53,003 nt of DNA from a virus (Duplodnaviria; Caudoviricetes): the IMG/VR virus record IMGVR_UViG_3300010396_000052, positions 1-53,003 of that record; one strand, written 5' to 3'. The number at the start of each line of letters is the position of its first letter. Positions within the stretch are counted from its first letter, which is position 1. Shown in pieces: positions 1 through 8,768 of the stretch. The notes below the pieces were generated by a model. The model ran no database searches and was not told where the DNA came from. It was given only the letters and a program-made list of their open reading frames with translations. Both the position numbers and the translations under genes were made by a program.

Positions 1-704
1 AAAGCGTGACGCTTATCAGGCGTCGCGGCTCTGTGCGGATGTTTTGGATGAAACCTGTTATGGGCTGCTACCGCACGTAGCGCCCGCTTTAGGTTTAATC
101 GTTTAGTTCTATAAATTGGATCAGGTTGCGCATCTTTTATTATTGGAGTTCGGGACTTCCGAGGCGAGGGTTTCCCCTTGCATATACCAAACAGCCTCTC
201 CGGGCTGAGTGTGTTTCGCATGAATCCCCCTAAACATATTTACGGCCTAAGTACACGCTTAATCCTGCAAATACACCTATCCAAAATCCAAACCAGTACG
301 CTTATCACCAGATAGGCCGGTGACAGTATTAACGCTACGCCTGTCAGAACGTAGGCTACAGGTTTAGATACCATATAACACCAAGACAAACTAATAGAGC
401 CGCTGCTAGTAATGCTGTGACAACCGCCATTGCGAATAAAATATCCGCCAAAAGATGCAGAAGATCGTTCGCAGTTACCATAAAGTTCACCGCTTTCGAT
501 AGTGTCGATACTCCGCTGCGACCCCGCGCAGAAATAGCAGGGACAACACAATACTTGAAGCTGCGACTATTACTTCTTTAATAATCACGGACTGCGAGCC
601 TTTGCCCCATTTCTCGGGCTGCGAACAGTTTAACCGTTTATCCCTAAATTGCGGGCTGCGATCATTTTTCGATTCCGCTGCCCGTTCTTCCATTCTACAC
701 AACC

Positions 705-733
705 ATTATAACATAATATGTGCTTATTGTCAA
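705..733 (-). promoter_or_regulatory. sigma70 promoter, perfect consensus, leftward
   Basis: Minus strand reads TTGACA-17 nt-TATAAT, with TG in the extended -10 position; small leftward ORFs lie downstream. Confidence 0.9.
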
Positions 734-804
734 GTTTCTGGTTTGGTGTATTGCTAGGGTGGTGTTGTAGTTGACTATATCACCGCAACGCAACATTTAA
801 GGAC

Positions 805-841
805 AAAAAAAGACCCTAGCCGGAGCGAGCCAGCTAGGGTC
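805..841 (-). terminator. Rho-independent terminator after the 901-1863 gene
   Basis: Minus strand GACCCTAGC(T)GG...CC(G)GCTAGGGTC stem followed by T7. Confidence 0.85.
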
Positions 842-900
842 AAAAGGCCGACGGTGCGGGAGAATCCGGGGGGGGATTCAAACCGTCGGCTAGGGGACGT

Positions 901-1863
901 TTACTTCCGCTTCCGCTTCGGGTTGGGCTTGCCATTCTCCGCGGTCTGTCGCGCAGTCTCGGCAGCGTTGTCACGCTCCAAGGCCTCCGCGGCCTCCGCG
1001 TCTAACTCGGCATTTCCCGTTGTGGCTTCGGCCACCGCTGGATGCGCTTTGATCCAATCCGCATGCATGGTTGCCATGCTATTGGAGAAAGCTTTGATTG
1101 CCTCCACCGCGCGGGGCGCCTCCTCTGTGCTGAACGTCGCGAACACTGCCGCCAGATGCCCGAGAGCGACCGAAATATCGGTATGCATGCCGCGCTCTAC
1201 CAGCGCAAGCTGCAGTTTCTTTCCGGTCGGATCTTTGGTGCCTTCCTGACGATTGCCGCGGCCTTGGTCAGCGCCCGGCTTATCCTTGCCAGCCTTCCGG
1301 TAATCCGCTGCCGTGCTGAACACGAAAGCGTCACCGGCATCGCGCCGCAGAGGATTCAGGTCCGGATTCGTCGCAGCCTTCTGGAGAGTCTTGAGACAGT
1401 CCGACTTGTATGTGCTCCAAGTCGGGCATATCTCGGAAACAGGCTCTTCCTTCAGGCCGTTGGTGTCTTCCTTGTACTTCGATTTCATCGTGTCTTCGGC
1501 TATCTTCAGGCCGACGATGGCGTACCCGTAGGCGTACCGCATATCGTTCCCTGCCTGTTCGACTGCCGCGCGGATGACCCTCAGAACACAGTCGCCCGCG
1601 AGTCCTTTCTTGCTTTCGAGACGGTCGGCCAGTACTCCGATACCGTCTACCTTGTCGAACTGCAGCGCATAGGCCGCTGCACCTTGCTGCTGAGCGAGGG
1701 TACGATAGGCAGGTGTGACCTGCTCTTCCGTTACCTTCACTTCCGGTTCGCTACCAGCACGGCCATTTGGCAGTACCTTCGCGGACTTGACAGCAGGTCC
1801 GTTACCGTCGCCGGCCTCAGTCGCCAGCGCTGCACGGAACTTTCGATCTATGTGAGTGAACAT
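901..1863 (-). CDS. Hypothetical early protein (~320 aa), apparently under LexA control
   Basis: Long ORF; ATG at 1863 follows a GAAGGA RBS; has its own promoter and terminator; no family recognised. Confidence 0.8.
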   Translation of the reverse strand: MFTHIDRKFRAALATEAGDGNGPAVKSAKVLPNGRAGSEPEVKVTEEQVTPAYRTLAQQQGAAAYALQFDKVDGIGVLADRLESKKGLAGDCVLRVIRAAVEQAGNDMRYAYGYAIVGLKIAEDTMKSKYKEDTNGLKEEPVSEICPTWSTYKSDCLKTLQKAATNPDLNPLRRDAGDAFVFSTAADYRKAGKDKPGADQGRGNRQEGTKDPTGKKLQLALVERGMHTDISVALGHLAAVFATFSTEEAPRAVEAIKAFSNSMATMHADWIKAHPAVAEATTGNAELDAEAAEALERDNAAETARQTAENGKPNPKRKRK

Positions 1864-1938
1864 AAGTGGATTCCTTCTAAATGGTTGACGCACCTATCCC
1901 GCGCCCCGTAGATTTGGGACTCGGTTTCGGTGCGCTAG

Positions 1939-1951
1939 TTGTTAAAGAACG
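1939..1951 (-). promoter_or_regulatory. boxA-like antitermination element
   Basis: Minus strand CGTTCTTTAACAA versus rrn/lambda boxA GCTCTTTAACA, in the 5' leader of the 901-1863 gene. Confidence 0.55.
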
Positions 1952-2034
1952 CTCGACAGAATCACGACAGCGGACCGGGGTCCTACCTTGCCGACTACTA
2001 AGTAGGGGTATCGCTTAGGAAGCGACTGATTCCC

Positions 2035-2054
2035 TACTGTTCATGCAACCAGTA
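2035..2054. promoter_or_regulatory. LexA (SOS) box overlapping the -10/+1 of a leftward promoter
   Basis: TACTGT-TCATGCAA-CCAGTA, i.e. CTG-N10-CAG with TA flanks. Confidence 0.7.
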
Positions 2055-2079
2055 TACGCGCATACATGGTCATTGTCAA
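2051..2079 (-). promoter_or_regulatory. sigma70 promoter, leftward
   Basis: Minus strand TTGACA-17 nt-TATACT. Confidence 0.85.
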
Positions 2080-2159
2080 ATTTCACTTGAAACAATTAGA
2101 ACGTGTCGAGAAGTTAAACGGTTAAGGTTTTGGAATGAGTTTAATAATGTAAGTTGTGG

Positions 2160-2175
2160 GCAAGAGGCGTGCCAG
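2160..2175 (-). promoter_or_regulatory. sigma54 (-24/-12) site 1
   Basis: Minus strand CTGGCACGCCTCTTGC = TGGCAC-N5-TTGC. Confidence 0.7.
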
Positions 2176-2189
2176 ACGGCTAAGCACCA

Positions 2190-2206
2190 TGCAATGTGCG
2201 TGCCAG
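2190..2206 (-). promoter_or_regulatory. sigma54 (-24/-12) site 2
   Basis: Minus strand CTGGCACGCACATTGCA; 31 bp from site 1. Confidence 0.75.
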
Positions 2207-2224
2207 ACTGTACAGATATACAGT
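2207..2224. promoter_or_regulatory. LexA (SOS) box abutting sigma54 site 2
   Basis: ACTGT-ACAGATAT-ACAGT = CTGT-N8-ACAG. Confidence 0.75.
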
Positions 2225-2328
2225 GCAAACGGCGATCTTTCTTTCTTGGGGGTTAGGTAGCGGGTATCGGGTTAACGGTTTATACGCCCTCCTATTGAGT
2301 CCTAGGCGTATGTACGCACATACAGATA

Positions 2329-2344
2329 TGGCACAGAATATGCA
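2329..2344 (+). promoter_or_regulatory. sigma54-like site, rightward
   Basis: TGGCAC-AGAAT-ATGCA (one mismatch at -12), preceded by the degenerate SOS box ATGT-N8-ACAG at 2310-2325. Confidence 0.5.
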
Positions 2345-2540
2345 TGCTCGATTCCTTATCTAAAAAACACGCCCAAGTGTCGCATTTAGGTATTGCATCT
2401 TGCGCGCATCGTGCTAGGGTGTGCATGCGACCCTGAGACCCGTAGTAGCTTAGGCGTACGGTATGGCGTTCGCGGGAAAGGCAGCACGGTAGACAATCCG
2501 CGCCCTAGTACCGAAACACTATCAAATAAAGGAGGATTTT

Positions 2541-2873
2541 ATGTTTTACGCGATTGTCCACGTAATGGATACCAACGGGGCATTTCTTGCTACCGTCGAG
2601 TGTTCGAGTCCGCAGTCTTTGGATAGCACACGGGAACGTATGCTCTCTTTGGACTACGTAGGCTCTGTCACTGTCGAGTATCCGGACCCGAGTGAGTACC
2701 TGTCAGATGCACAGATTGACAGTATGATCCGACTCGGCCTAGCGCGGACCTATCACGCGCCCATGTCGGGAGGCATCTTGCCTTTGAGTGGGAGTATCCC
2801 GTTGCCGCTGTATAACGCGCTACGCGCCCTTGCGTCGCGGGTATGGCATAGGGAGGTGGGTTATGGCGAGTAG
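2541..2873 (+). CDS. Hypothetical protein
   Basis: 110-aa ORF with a strong AAGGAGG RBS. Confidence 0.7.
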   Translation: MFYAIVHVMDTNGAFLATVECSSPQSLDSTRERMLSLDYVGSVTVEYPDPSEYLSDAQIDSMIRLGLARTYHAPMSGGILPLSGSIPLPLYNALRALASRVWHREVGYGE

Positions 2874-3087
2874 CGTCACCTGCCTTACGTGCAAGCGGCA
2901 CAAGCCTATCCACGCGTATCAGTGTCCGCACTGTGCTCCGCGTCCGCGGTACATCATGCGCGACTGGCGTGACCGTGCGGAGGCACGGAGCGTTAGGGTA
3001 CGGGAGCGGGTAGCGGTCTACATGCTGACCATTGGAGCGGTGCTTGTAGGCTTGCTATGCTTGGGCGTCATGCTGGCAGTAGGCTAG
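2863..3087 (+). CDS. Small Zn-ribbon plus transmembrane protein
   Basis: CLTC...CPHC and a C-terminal hydrophobic helix; GGAGG upstream of the ATG. Confidence 0.55.
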   Translation: MASSVTCLTCKRHKPIHAYQCPHCAPRPRYIMRDWRDRAEARSVRVRERVAVYMLTIGAVLVGLLCLGVMLAVG

Positions 3088-3579
3088 GCTAGGGCGTACG
3101 GGTCTCCAACGGATTGGGGACCTATACGCCCCCTCTGCAATAAGCGCGCCAAGCTGGAGTTGTAGTATTTTCGCAACAAATGGTGGGGCAATTTGCCATA
3201 ATCCCGGCATTTAGGGACCGAAAACCCCCTAGAAATAGGATCCAAGTTCAGGGATCCCGTCTGTACGCCGAGGGCCAAAAAGTGGTTACAGACCTACCGT
3301 GGTTACGGGCAACGTTGGTTTGGGGGCCAATTAGCGCAGTAAGGTACAGTGTAATAAAATCAAGGACTTAGGAAGCGTTTCCTTGCTTTGAAGGAAACGG
3401 TGAAATATATTTTCAAAATAGGGGAACTTTTTCGATTTTGAGTTGTCTAAGTAAACATTATTTTAGTTAAAACTTAACTTTACGTTAGTAATAGTTAAGG
3501 TTAGCTAAGCCTGTAAAAGGTTTAGATAACTAGTGTTGACTTACTGGAATATACCCTAAATTTACCCCCTTATAAGTTA

Positions 3580-3813
3580 TTGATTAATATGGGAAATGTG
3601 GTAGTCCTAGTACCCAAGCAAAGGGTGGATAGGACAGCCTTGGAAGCCAATCTACGGAAAGTAGAGAAAACTATGCCCTTTTTAAGGCGTCACCTTAAAG
3701 AACTGGCGGATAACCCGACTAAGCTCCACTTGGATCAAGTTAAGGCTAGTCTGGACCTAGTAAGACAATCCCTAGACTACATACAGTACACAATAAAGGA
3801 TCTCAAAGTATGA
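3580..3813 (+). CDS. Hypothetical helical protein, first gene of the late arm
   Basis: ORF after the AT-rich region; ATGA overlap with the next gene. Confidence 0.6.
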   Translation: MINMGNVVVLVPKQRVDRTALEANLRKVEKTMPFLRRHLKELADNPTKLHLDQVKASLDLVRQSLDYIQYTIKDLKV

Positions 3814-4049
3814 CCGACCCTACTCCTGCTCCCGATGCAGTTGCTCAAGCAGCCCCTAAGGTGGAAGCCAAGGCAGAGGCTGCCGTAGCTACTGTGGCCG
3901 CGGATGCTAAGGCCGTAGGTTCCGCAGTTAGCGGGGCTTGGGCTACCGTCAAGAAGTACGCTCCCCACGTAGCCACCGCGTCGGCGGGATACGTAGCCGG
4001 GCACTATACCGGGGCTATCGTCTTCGGAATTATCAAGCACATCGTCTAA
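3810..4049 (+). CDS. Ala-rich small membrane-associated protein
   Basis: Ala-rich N-terminus, hydrophobic C-terminus. Confidence 0.65.
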   Translation: MTDPTPAPDAVAQAAPKVEAKAEAAVATVAADAKAVGSAVSGAWATVKKYAPHVATASAGYVAGHYTGAIVFGIIKHIV

Positions 4050-4165
4050 GGTATGTGCCCGTTCTGCAGATTCATAAGGAATCTGGTAGGACTCCCCACC
4101 GTTAAACAGACCCCGGAAGGGTGGTACTGTTCACTACACGGGGACTTCAAGTCCCGGACCGATAG

Positions 4166-4366
4166 ATGCCCAAGTTGCAAACCCTTACCCGAGATAAGGT
4201 AATCGAATTCTATAGCTGCTCCCACGGGGACCTAGGAAGGCTCCTCCGGGACAAGCTTATGCCATTGCCCGTCCGGATTGAAGGGGAGATCCTCTGGTAC
4301 TTAGATGAACTAGAGGCTAGTAGGGAGAAGGTCTCGAAGATACTCAATTACCGGAAGAAGCACTAA
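4166..4366 (+). CDS. AlpA/Xis-like winged-helix DNA-binding protein
   Basis: LLRDKLMPLPVRIEGEILWYLDELE resembles the AlpA FPxPvkiG...W...Ev pattern. Confidence 0.55.
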   Translation: MPKLQTLTRDKVIEFYSCSHGDLGRLLRDKLMPLPVRIEGEILWYLDELEASREKVSKILNYRKKH

Positions 4367-4369
4367 CCT

Positions 4370-5398
4370 ATGCTGTTGATGACTAGTACCTCTGACCTAG
4401 TTCAGGTCGTTACAGGCTCAGCAGGGGCTATTGGGGTCCACGCTTCTTTCATGGATAATAATGCCGGGACTATCACCCCCGGACGTACGGATACAGCTAG
4501 TATTAGTACAGCTACCACTACTACGGTAGTAGCCTCCCCCGGAGCTAGCGTCCAGCGTAACGTTAAAGTCCTTAACATATTCAATACCCACGCCTCGGTA
4601 TCTAACCTTATTACGGTTAAGCACACCGACGGTACGAACCCCGAGACTCTCTGGCAGGGCACCCTCCTAGCCGGGGAATCAGTAGTTATGGATGAGGCTG
4701 GTGTCTGGACTAAGTACAGCGCAGCTGGAGAGCCTCAGATCGTAGGACTCCCGATCACTACCAAAGGGGATGTGATAGGATTCGATACTGCTCCTAATAG
4801 GATAGCAGTAGGTACGGATGGTCAGGTTCTCACCGCAGCCGCTTCCGCCACAGCAGGGGTTAAGTGGGCTACTCCAGTACTGGTTAACGCCTCTACTTCC
4901 ACGGTTTCTGCCTCCTTTGCCTCAGACACCTACCTAGCAGGGTCTAGCATCCTAATGCCGGCAGGCGGGCCAATAGCTAAAAGTATGTACCACTGCGTCT
5001 TTGATATGGTCAAGACGGCAGCAGGTACAGCAGCCTTCACGGTCAATCTTCGTTTCGGTACGGCGGGTACTACAGCCGATACCAGTCTAATTTCTTGGGC
5101 CTTCGCCGCTGGTACAGCCGCAGCTGATACTGGTATGTTCGAGGTCCGAGTCCATTTCCGCACCGTAGGTTCAGGAACCTCGGCGGTGGTTGTGGGCACC
5201 ATATTCTGCTCACACGCTCTAGCCGCGACCGGCCTCATCAGCACGGGGGCGTCAGGTTTCGGCCAGATCACGACCGTGTCGAGCGGATTCAATTCCACCA
5301 CAGCTAATGCCATTCTCGGGTTGTCCGTTAATGGTGGAGCTTCCTTCTCCGGCACGAACACTATCGTTCAGGCGAAGACCCTTAACCTGAGCATCTAA
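4370..5398 (+). CDS. Putative virion fibre/structural protein
   Basis: Thr/Ala/Gly-rich beta protein with a TTKGD...RIAVGTDGQVLTA...GVKW fibre segment. Confidence 0.65.
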   Translation: MLLMTSTSDLVQVVTGSAGAIGVHASFMDNNAGTITPGRTDTASISTATTTTVVASPGASVQRNVKVLNIFNTHASVSNLITVKHTDGTNPETLWQGTLLAGESVVMDEAGVWTKYSAAGEPQIVGLPITTKGDVIGFDTAPNRIAVGTDGQVLTAAASATAGVKWATPVLVNASTSTVSASFASDTYLAGSSILMPAGGPIAKSMYHCVFDMVKTAAGTAAFTVNLRFGTAGTTADTSLISWAFAAGTAAADTGMFEVRVHFRTVGSGTSAVVVGTIFCSHALAATGLISTGASGFGQITTVSSGFNSTTANAILGLSVNGGASFSGTNTIVQAKTLNLSI

Positions 5399-5399
5399 G

Positions 5400-6131
5400 A
5401 TGGCCTTCGGTGGCTTCGCAGTCACGTCCGCCACGGGCACCACCCTCGCTCTAAATGGGGTCACTGCTGGAGCTACTATCTGTGTACTCCCAGTAGATCT
5501 AAACGGGAATGCCACCAGCTTCGGAGCTACCGAGAATTCAGGAGCGGTAGTTTATAGCACTAGAGGTCCCACCTTTGGTACTTCGGGAGATACGAACTCC
5601 CAGTTGCTAATTCTCACGAATGCAGCCGGCGGCAACAGGACCATATCAGTTACCGCAGCCGGGGATACTGTAGAGGGCTTACTAGCTTTTTGGTACACCG
5701 GGGTGGGGGACGTAGACAACTCCCTTACAGCTTTAATCACTTCTCAGCCCACTATGAGCGCCGTAAAGAATAACGGTACTAGTGGGAACTTTACTCCGAT
5801 TACTCAAGGTTCTACGATTATCGGAGTAGCGATTAATCTCGTTAGTACTACAGCCCCGACTACTGGAACATCACCGTACGCATTTACTAGCCAATCCAGT
5901 GGTAATATCTCAGGCATTAATGGCTATTTAATAGAAGATGCTACTTGGATTAAGGGAACTACTAACGCCGCCTTCCAATACGGAGCAGGTTCTAATGCAA
6001 CCGGAATCGTTGGATTCGCCCTCCAGAATACTGCCCCCGGTGCTAGCAATATAATTACTCCGACCTATCCTCGTAAGAAATCGAGGCAGGGCGGATTGAC
6101 GATGGATCTCAATTTGACTGAGTGGTATTAG
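5400..6131 (+). CDS. Putative virion structural protein
   Basis: Thr/Gly/Ala-rich beta-type composition within the structural cluster. Confidence 0.55.
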   Translation: MAFGGFAVTSATGTTLALNGVTAGATICVLPVDLNGNATSFGATENSGAVVYSTRGPTFGTSGDTNSQLLILTNAAGGNRTISVTAAGDTVEGLLAFWYTGVGDVDNSLTALITSQPTMSAVKNNGTSGNFTPITQGSTIIGVAINLVSTTAPTTGTSPYAFTSQSSGNISGINGYLIEDATWIKGTTNAAFQYGAGSNATGIVGFALQNTAPGASNIITPTYPRKKSRQGGLTMDLNLTEWY

Positions 6132-6134
6132 GCC

Positions 6135-6908
6135 ATGAAGGACCTGATACTCCAAAAATGGTTCGATTGGGACCTAAATGCTCCGGCAGGGGGTACATTT
6201 ACCCTCAACGTAGCAACTGGGACCTTCGTTGAGACAGGGTTCTCAGCTACATTCAACGTCGGGCTTCCAGCAGCCTTTGGGACTTACGTCCTCACAGGTG
6301 AGATAGCCTTAGTAGGTGCTGGAGATAACGAGTCGGCGGGAGTTTATACCCTAACCGGCGAAACAATCAATTTTGCATTTGGGCTGCTGACCGCCTCCAC
6401 AGGTGTATTCACCTTAACTGGCGAAGCTGTTACTCTAAGTACTACTAGCAACCCAAGCCTTAATGTAGATTTTGGATCATTCTCACTAGCTGGTGAGAAT
6501 ATCACCTTCGGTAATGGTGACAAGGAAGCATTCGATACTTACGCTCTTTCCGGGCCTAGCATCCTAGTGGGAGCCGGAGATAACGAAGCTCGGGGATCCT
6601 ACACCTTAACTGGGGAATCAGTTATCTTCGGATTCAGCCTTAGCTTAGCTACAGGTTCGTACTCCCTAACTGGTTTCGATGCCACTCTCACAGCAGCTAG
6701 TGGCTCAGCATTCCTTCTCCAAGTAACTCCGGGTCTCTTCACCCTAGTTGGAGAACAAGAAGATTTATTCGCTACCGGAATCATAACGTCTGGTGGTGGA
6801 CGAAAGCGAAAGAAGAAACGCAAGTACACGATGGAAGAGATCGAGGCCCGAGAGGAACTCCTAGAACTCTGGGCTAATGGTGAGATAGAGCTAAAGGAAA
6901 AAGAATGA
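6135..6908 (+). CDS. Repeat-containing virion protein (about nine ~20-aa GxF/YxLxGE repeats)
   Basis: Repeats visible in the translation, followed by a basic patch and an acidic helix. Confidence 0.7.
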   Translation: MKDLILQKWFDWDLNAPAGGTFTLNVATGTFVETGFSATFNVGLPAAFGTYVLTGEIALVGAGDNESAGVYTLTGETINFAFGLLTASTGVFTLTGEAVTLSTTSNPSLNVDFGSFSLAGENITFGNGDKEAFDTYALSGPSILVGAGDNEARGSYTLTGESVIFGFSLSLATGSYSLTGFDATLTAASGSAFLLQVTPGLFTLVGEQEDLFATGIITSGGGRKRKKKRKYTMEEIEAREELLELWANGEIELKEKE

Positions 6909-7255
6909 GTTGTGGATTAGCTTGTACGGTTCCCGAGGACAAGGATCTTCCTGTCAATGTCGAGGACCAGTCTAAGAATTTCAGCGGTGCTGATACCCAT
7001 TGCAAGGTTACTTACTTTAAGGCCGGGCAGCAAGGAGTTCAGCATTCCCATAAATACGATCACCTTAGCGTCCTTTTGGATGGTGTGGTAATCGTTAAGG
7101 CCGGAGAACGACAGATGATTATGAAGTCGGAACCCGGCGAGCCTTGCTCCATAGTGGTCAAGGCAGGCGAGGAGCACGTTGTGATTGCGTTAACCGATGC
7201 AATCTGGATGTGCATTCACAATACACTTAACGAAGGGGAGATCCCTCTTGAGTGA
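6905..7255 (+). CDS. Cupin-domain protein
   Basis: QHSHKYDHLSVLLDG...AGEEHVVIALTD metal-binding cupin motifs. Confidence 0.8.
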   Translation: MSCGLACTVPEDKDLPVNVEDQSKNFSGADTHCKVTYFKAGQQGVQHSHKYDHLSVLLDGVVIVKAGERQMIMKSEPGEPCSIVVKAGEEHVVIALTDAIWMCIHNTLNEGEIPLE

Positions 7256-7374
7256 ACCAGAAAAGAAATATCCCGAGAAGCCCGAACAGGGCCACTATGG
7301 GATAGTTGCAGAAATGGGGAAGATGGTTCCGTTATTTGTCTTCCCGCCTAAAAAGAAAGAGGAAACTAAATCTA

Positions 7375-7692
7375 ATGGCTAACCCTACCCAGTTTAATTG
7401 GGTTGTCCCTACTACGAATACTGACGGCACGGCCATCCCTGCCGGCGAAATTACTGGCTACACCATCGGTGTAGGTGCAGCTTCGGGCAAGTATACGATT
7501 ATGACTTCGGTCAGCAATCCGGCTGCCACTAGCGAGCCTATTGCGGATTTGAGTGCAACCCTTGCTCCGGGAACCTACTTTGCGGCTATTCGCGCCGAGT
7601 CTACGGGGGGCCCTTCGGCCTTCTCGAATGAAGTCTCGTTTGCGATTGCTGCTCCGATTCCGAATCCTCCCACGGGTTTTACTGTCGCCTGA
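7375..7692 (+). CDS. Fibronectin type III-like (Ig-fold) virion protein
   Basis: W..P...DG....ITGYTI...LAPGTYFAAIRA....SAFSNEV pattern; GAGGA RBS upstream of ATG 7375. Confidence 0.7.
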   Translation: MANPTQFNWVVPTTNTDGTAIPAGEITGYTIGVGAASGKYTIMTSVSNPAATSEPIADLSATLAPGTYFAAIRAESTGGPSAFSNEVSFAIAAPIPNPPTGFTVA

Positions 7693-7768
7693 TACGGATG
7701 CTCTGCAAGCTCATGTGTATCTTTGGGGGTTGCAGGAACTGTACTCAGTGCGTTAAATGCGGATTCAA

Positions 7769-7936
7769 ATGCCACTAAATAAGAGCAAATCAAAGAAAGC
7801 TGTCTCCGAGAATATTAAGACGGAAATGGCGGCTGGCAAGCCTCAGAAGCAGGCCGTCGCTATAGCCCTTAGTACTCAGAGGCGTGCAGAAAAATCAAAG
7901 CGGGATTCCCGCTACGTTAAATCAGGTAAATATTAA
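7769..7936 (+). CDS. Small basic phage protein (not in ORF track)
   Basis: MPLNKSKSKKAVSENIKTEMAAGKPQKQAVAIALS..., a motif type often seen near head genes. Confidence 0.75.
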   Translation: MPLNKSKSKKAVSENIKTEMAAGKPQKQAVAIALSTQRRAEKSKRDSRYVKSGKY

Positions 7937-7937
7937 C

Positions 7938-8120
7938 ATGAAGAAATCTGGATATACTGTGCCCGAATCTAAGGGCCAGCACTCGGAAGGTCGTAAGGGC
8001 GTAGCCCCCAAGACGGCATCGCCTGCGGCTGGGCAGTGTGATAGCGGCGGATCGAATGAACTCGCTTCGGCTGCGGCTCGGATTAATTCGCCCAAGTCGG
8101 GCGGGGCTCCGGGCGTCTAA
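7938..8120 (+). CDS. Small hypothetical protein
   Basis: ATG 1 nt after the previous stop codon. Confidence 0.55.
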   Translation: MKKSGYTVPESKGQHSEGRKGVAPKTASPAAGQCDSGGSNELASAAARINSPKSGGAPGV

Positions 8121-8122
8121 TA

Positions 8123-8332
8123 ATGGCGAAGCTAAACGCCGCTGCTAGGAAAAAGATTCCATCCAGCGAGTTTGGCGAACCGGGTTCTCGGAAGTATCCG
8201 ATGCCCGATAAAAGCCACGCCGCTAATGCTAAGGCTAGGGCTACCCAGCAATGGGAAAGAGGTCATATCTCCTCAGCTGAGCGAGAAAAGATCTTCGCTA
8301 AAGCTAACGCAAAATTAAAAGGGCGTAAGTGA
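8123..8332 (+). CDS. Small basic conserved phage protein
   Basis: RKKIPSSEFG.PG.RKYPMPDKSHAANAKAR motif. Confidence 0.7.
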   Translation: MAKLNAAARKKIPSSEFGEPGSRKYPMPDKSHAANAKARATQQWERGHISSAEREKIFAKANAKLKGRK

Positions 8333-8396
8333 TAATCGTACGGGTTCGATCTAGCAAGATCCACGTGGTCATGCGGCCCAATCAGGCTCGGCCCAT

Positions 8397-8768
8397 ATGA
8401 CAATAAATAGCCGAGGTCTAGCTGGGCAGCCTATTCTGCCCTATATAGATTATCGTGCCTATACAGGTACAGATGTTTATCTAGACCTCACTTTCCTTGA
8501 CCACACAGGGGTCGGGAATATTCCCCAGTCTATTAGCTATCAGATAGATGATATGACTAATTCGGTGAATATGGTGCCTATGACCAGTGTGCCTGTAACA
8601 GGGTATCAGCAGACCCTCCAGATACCTGCTAGCGTGTTGACGATGACTCGCCAGTTCCAAGGTAGTCAAATCTGCCAAGTATTAATTACGGCATTGTTGG
8701 GCGATGGCTCCAACGTGTCCACTGTAACCGTTATCGAACTCTGCGCCATCCAGACTCCAAATGGTTAA
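8397..8768 (+). CDS. Hypothetical beta-sandwich structural protein
   Basis: ORF in an operon with overlapping stop/start codons. Confidence 0.6.
   Translation: MTINSRGLAGQPILPYIDYRAYTGTDVYLDLTFLDHTGVGNIPQSISYQIDDMTNSVNMVPMTSVPVTGYQQTLQIPASVLTMTRQFQGSQICQVLITALLGDGSNVSTVTVIELCAIQTPNG

Noticed and set aside
1042-1911. 289-aa plus-strand ORF (and 854-1249)
   Set aside because: Antisense shadow of the 901-1863 gene, which has the RBS, promoter and terminator; the translation looks non-protein-like.
2160-2210. GCGTGCCAGAC direct repeat as CRISPR, iteron or att site
   Set aside because: Only two 11-bp copies, explained by the tandem sigma54 consensus; no CRISPR array is seen in the window.
3536-3565. 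sigma70 late promoter at TTGACT
   Set aside because: No good -10 at 16-18 nt spacing.
901-6830. NLS-like basic patches (PKRKRK at the end of 901-1863; RKRKKKRK in 6135-6908)
   Set aside because: Short basic tracts are common in phage proteins and everything else indicates a bacterial host.
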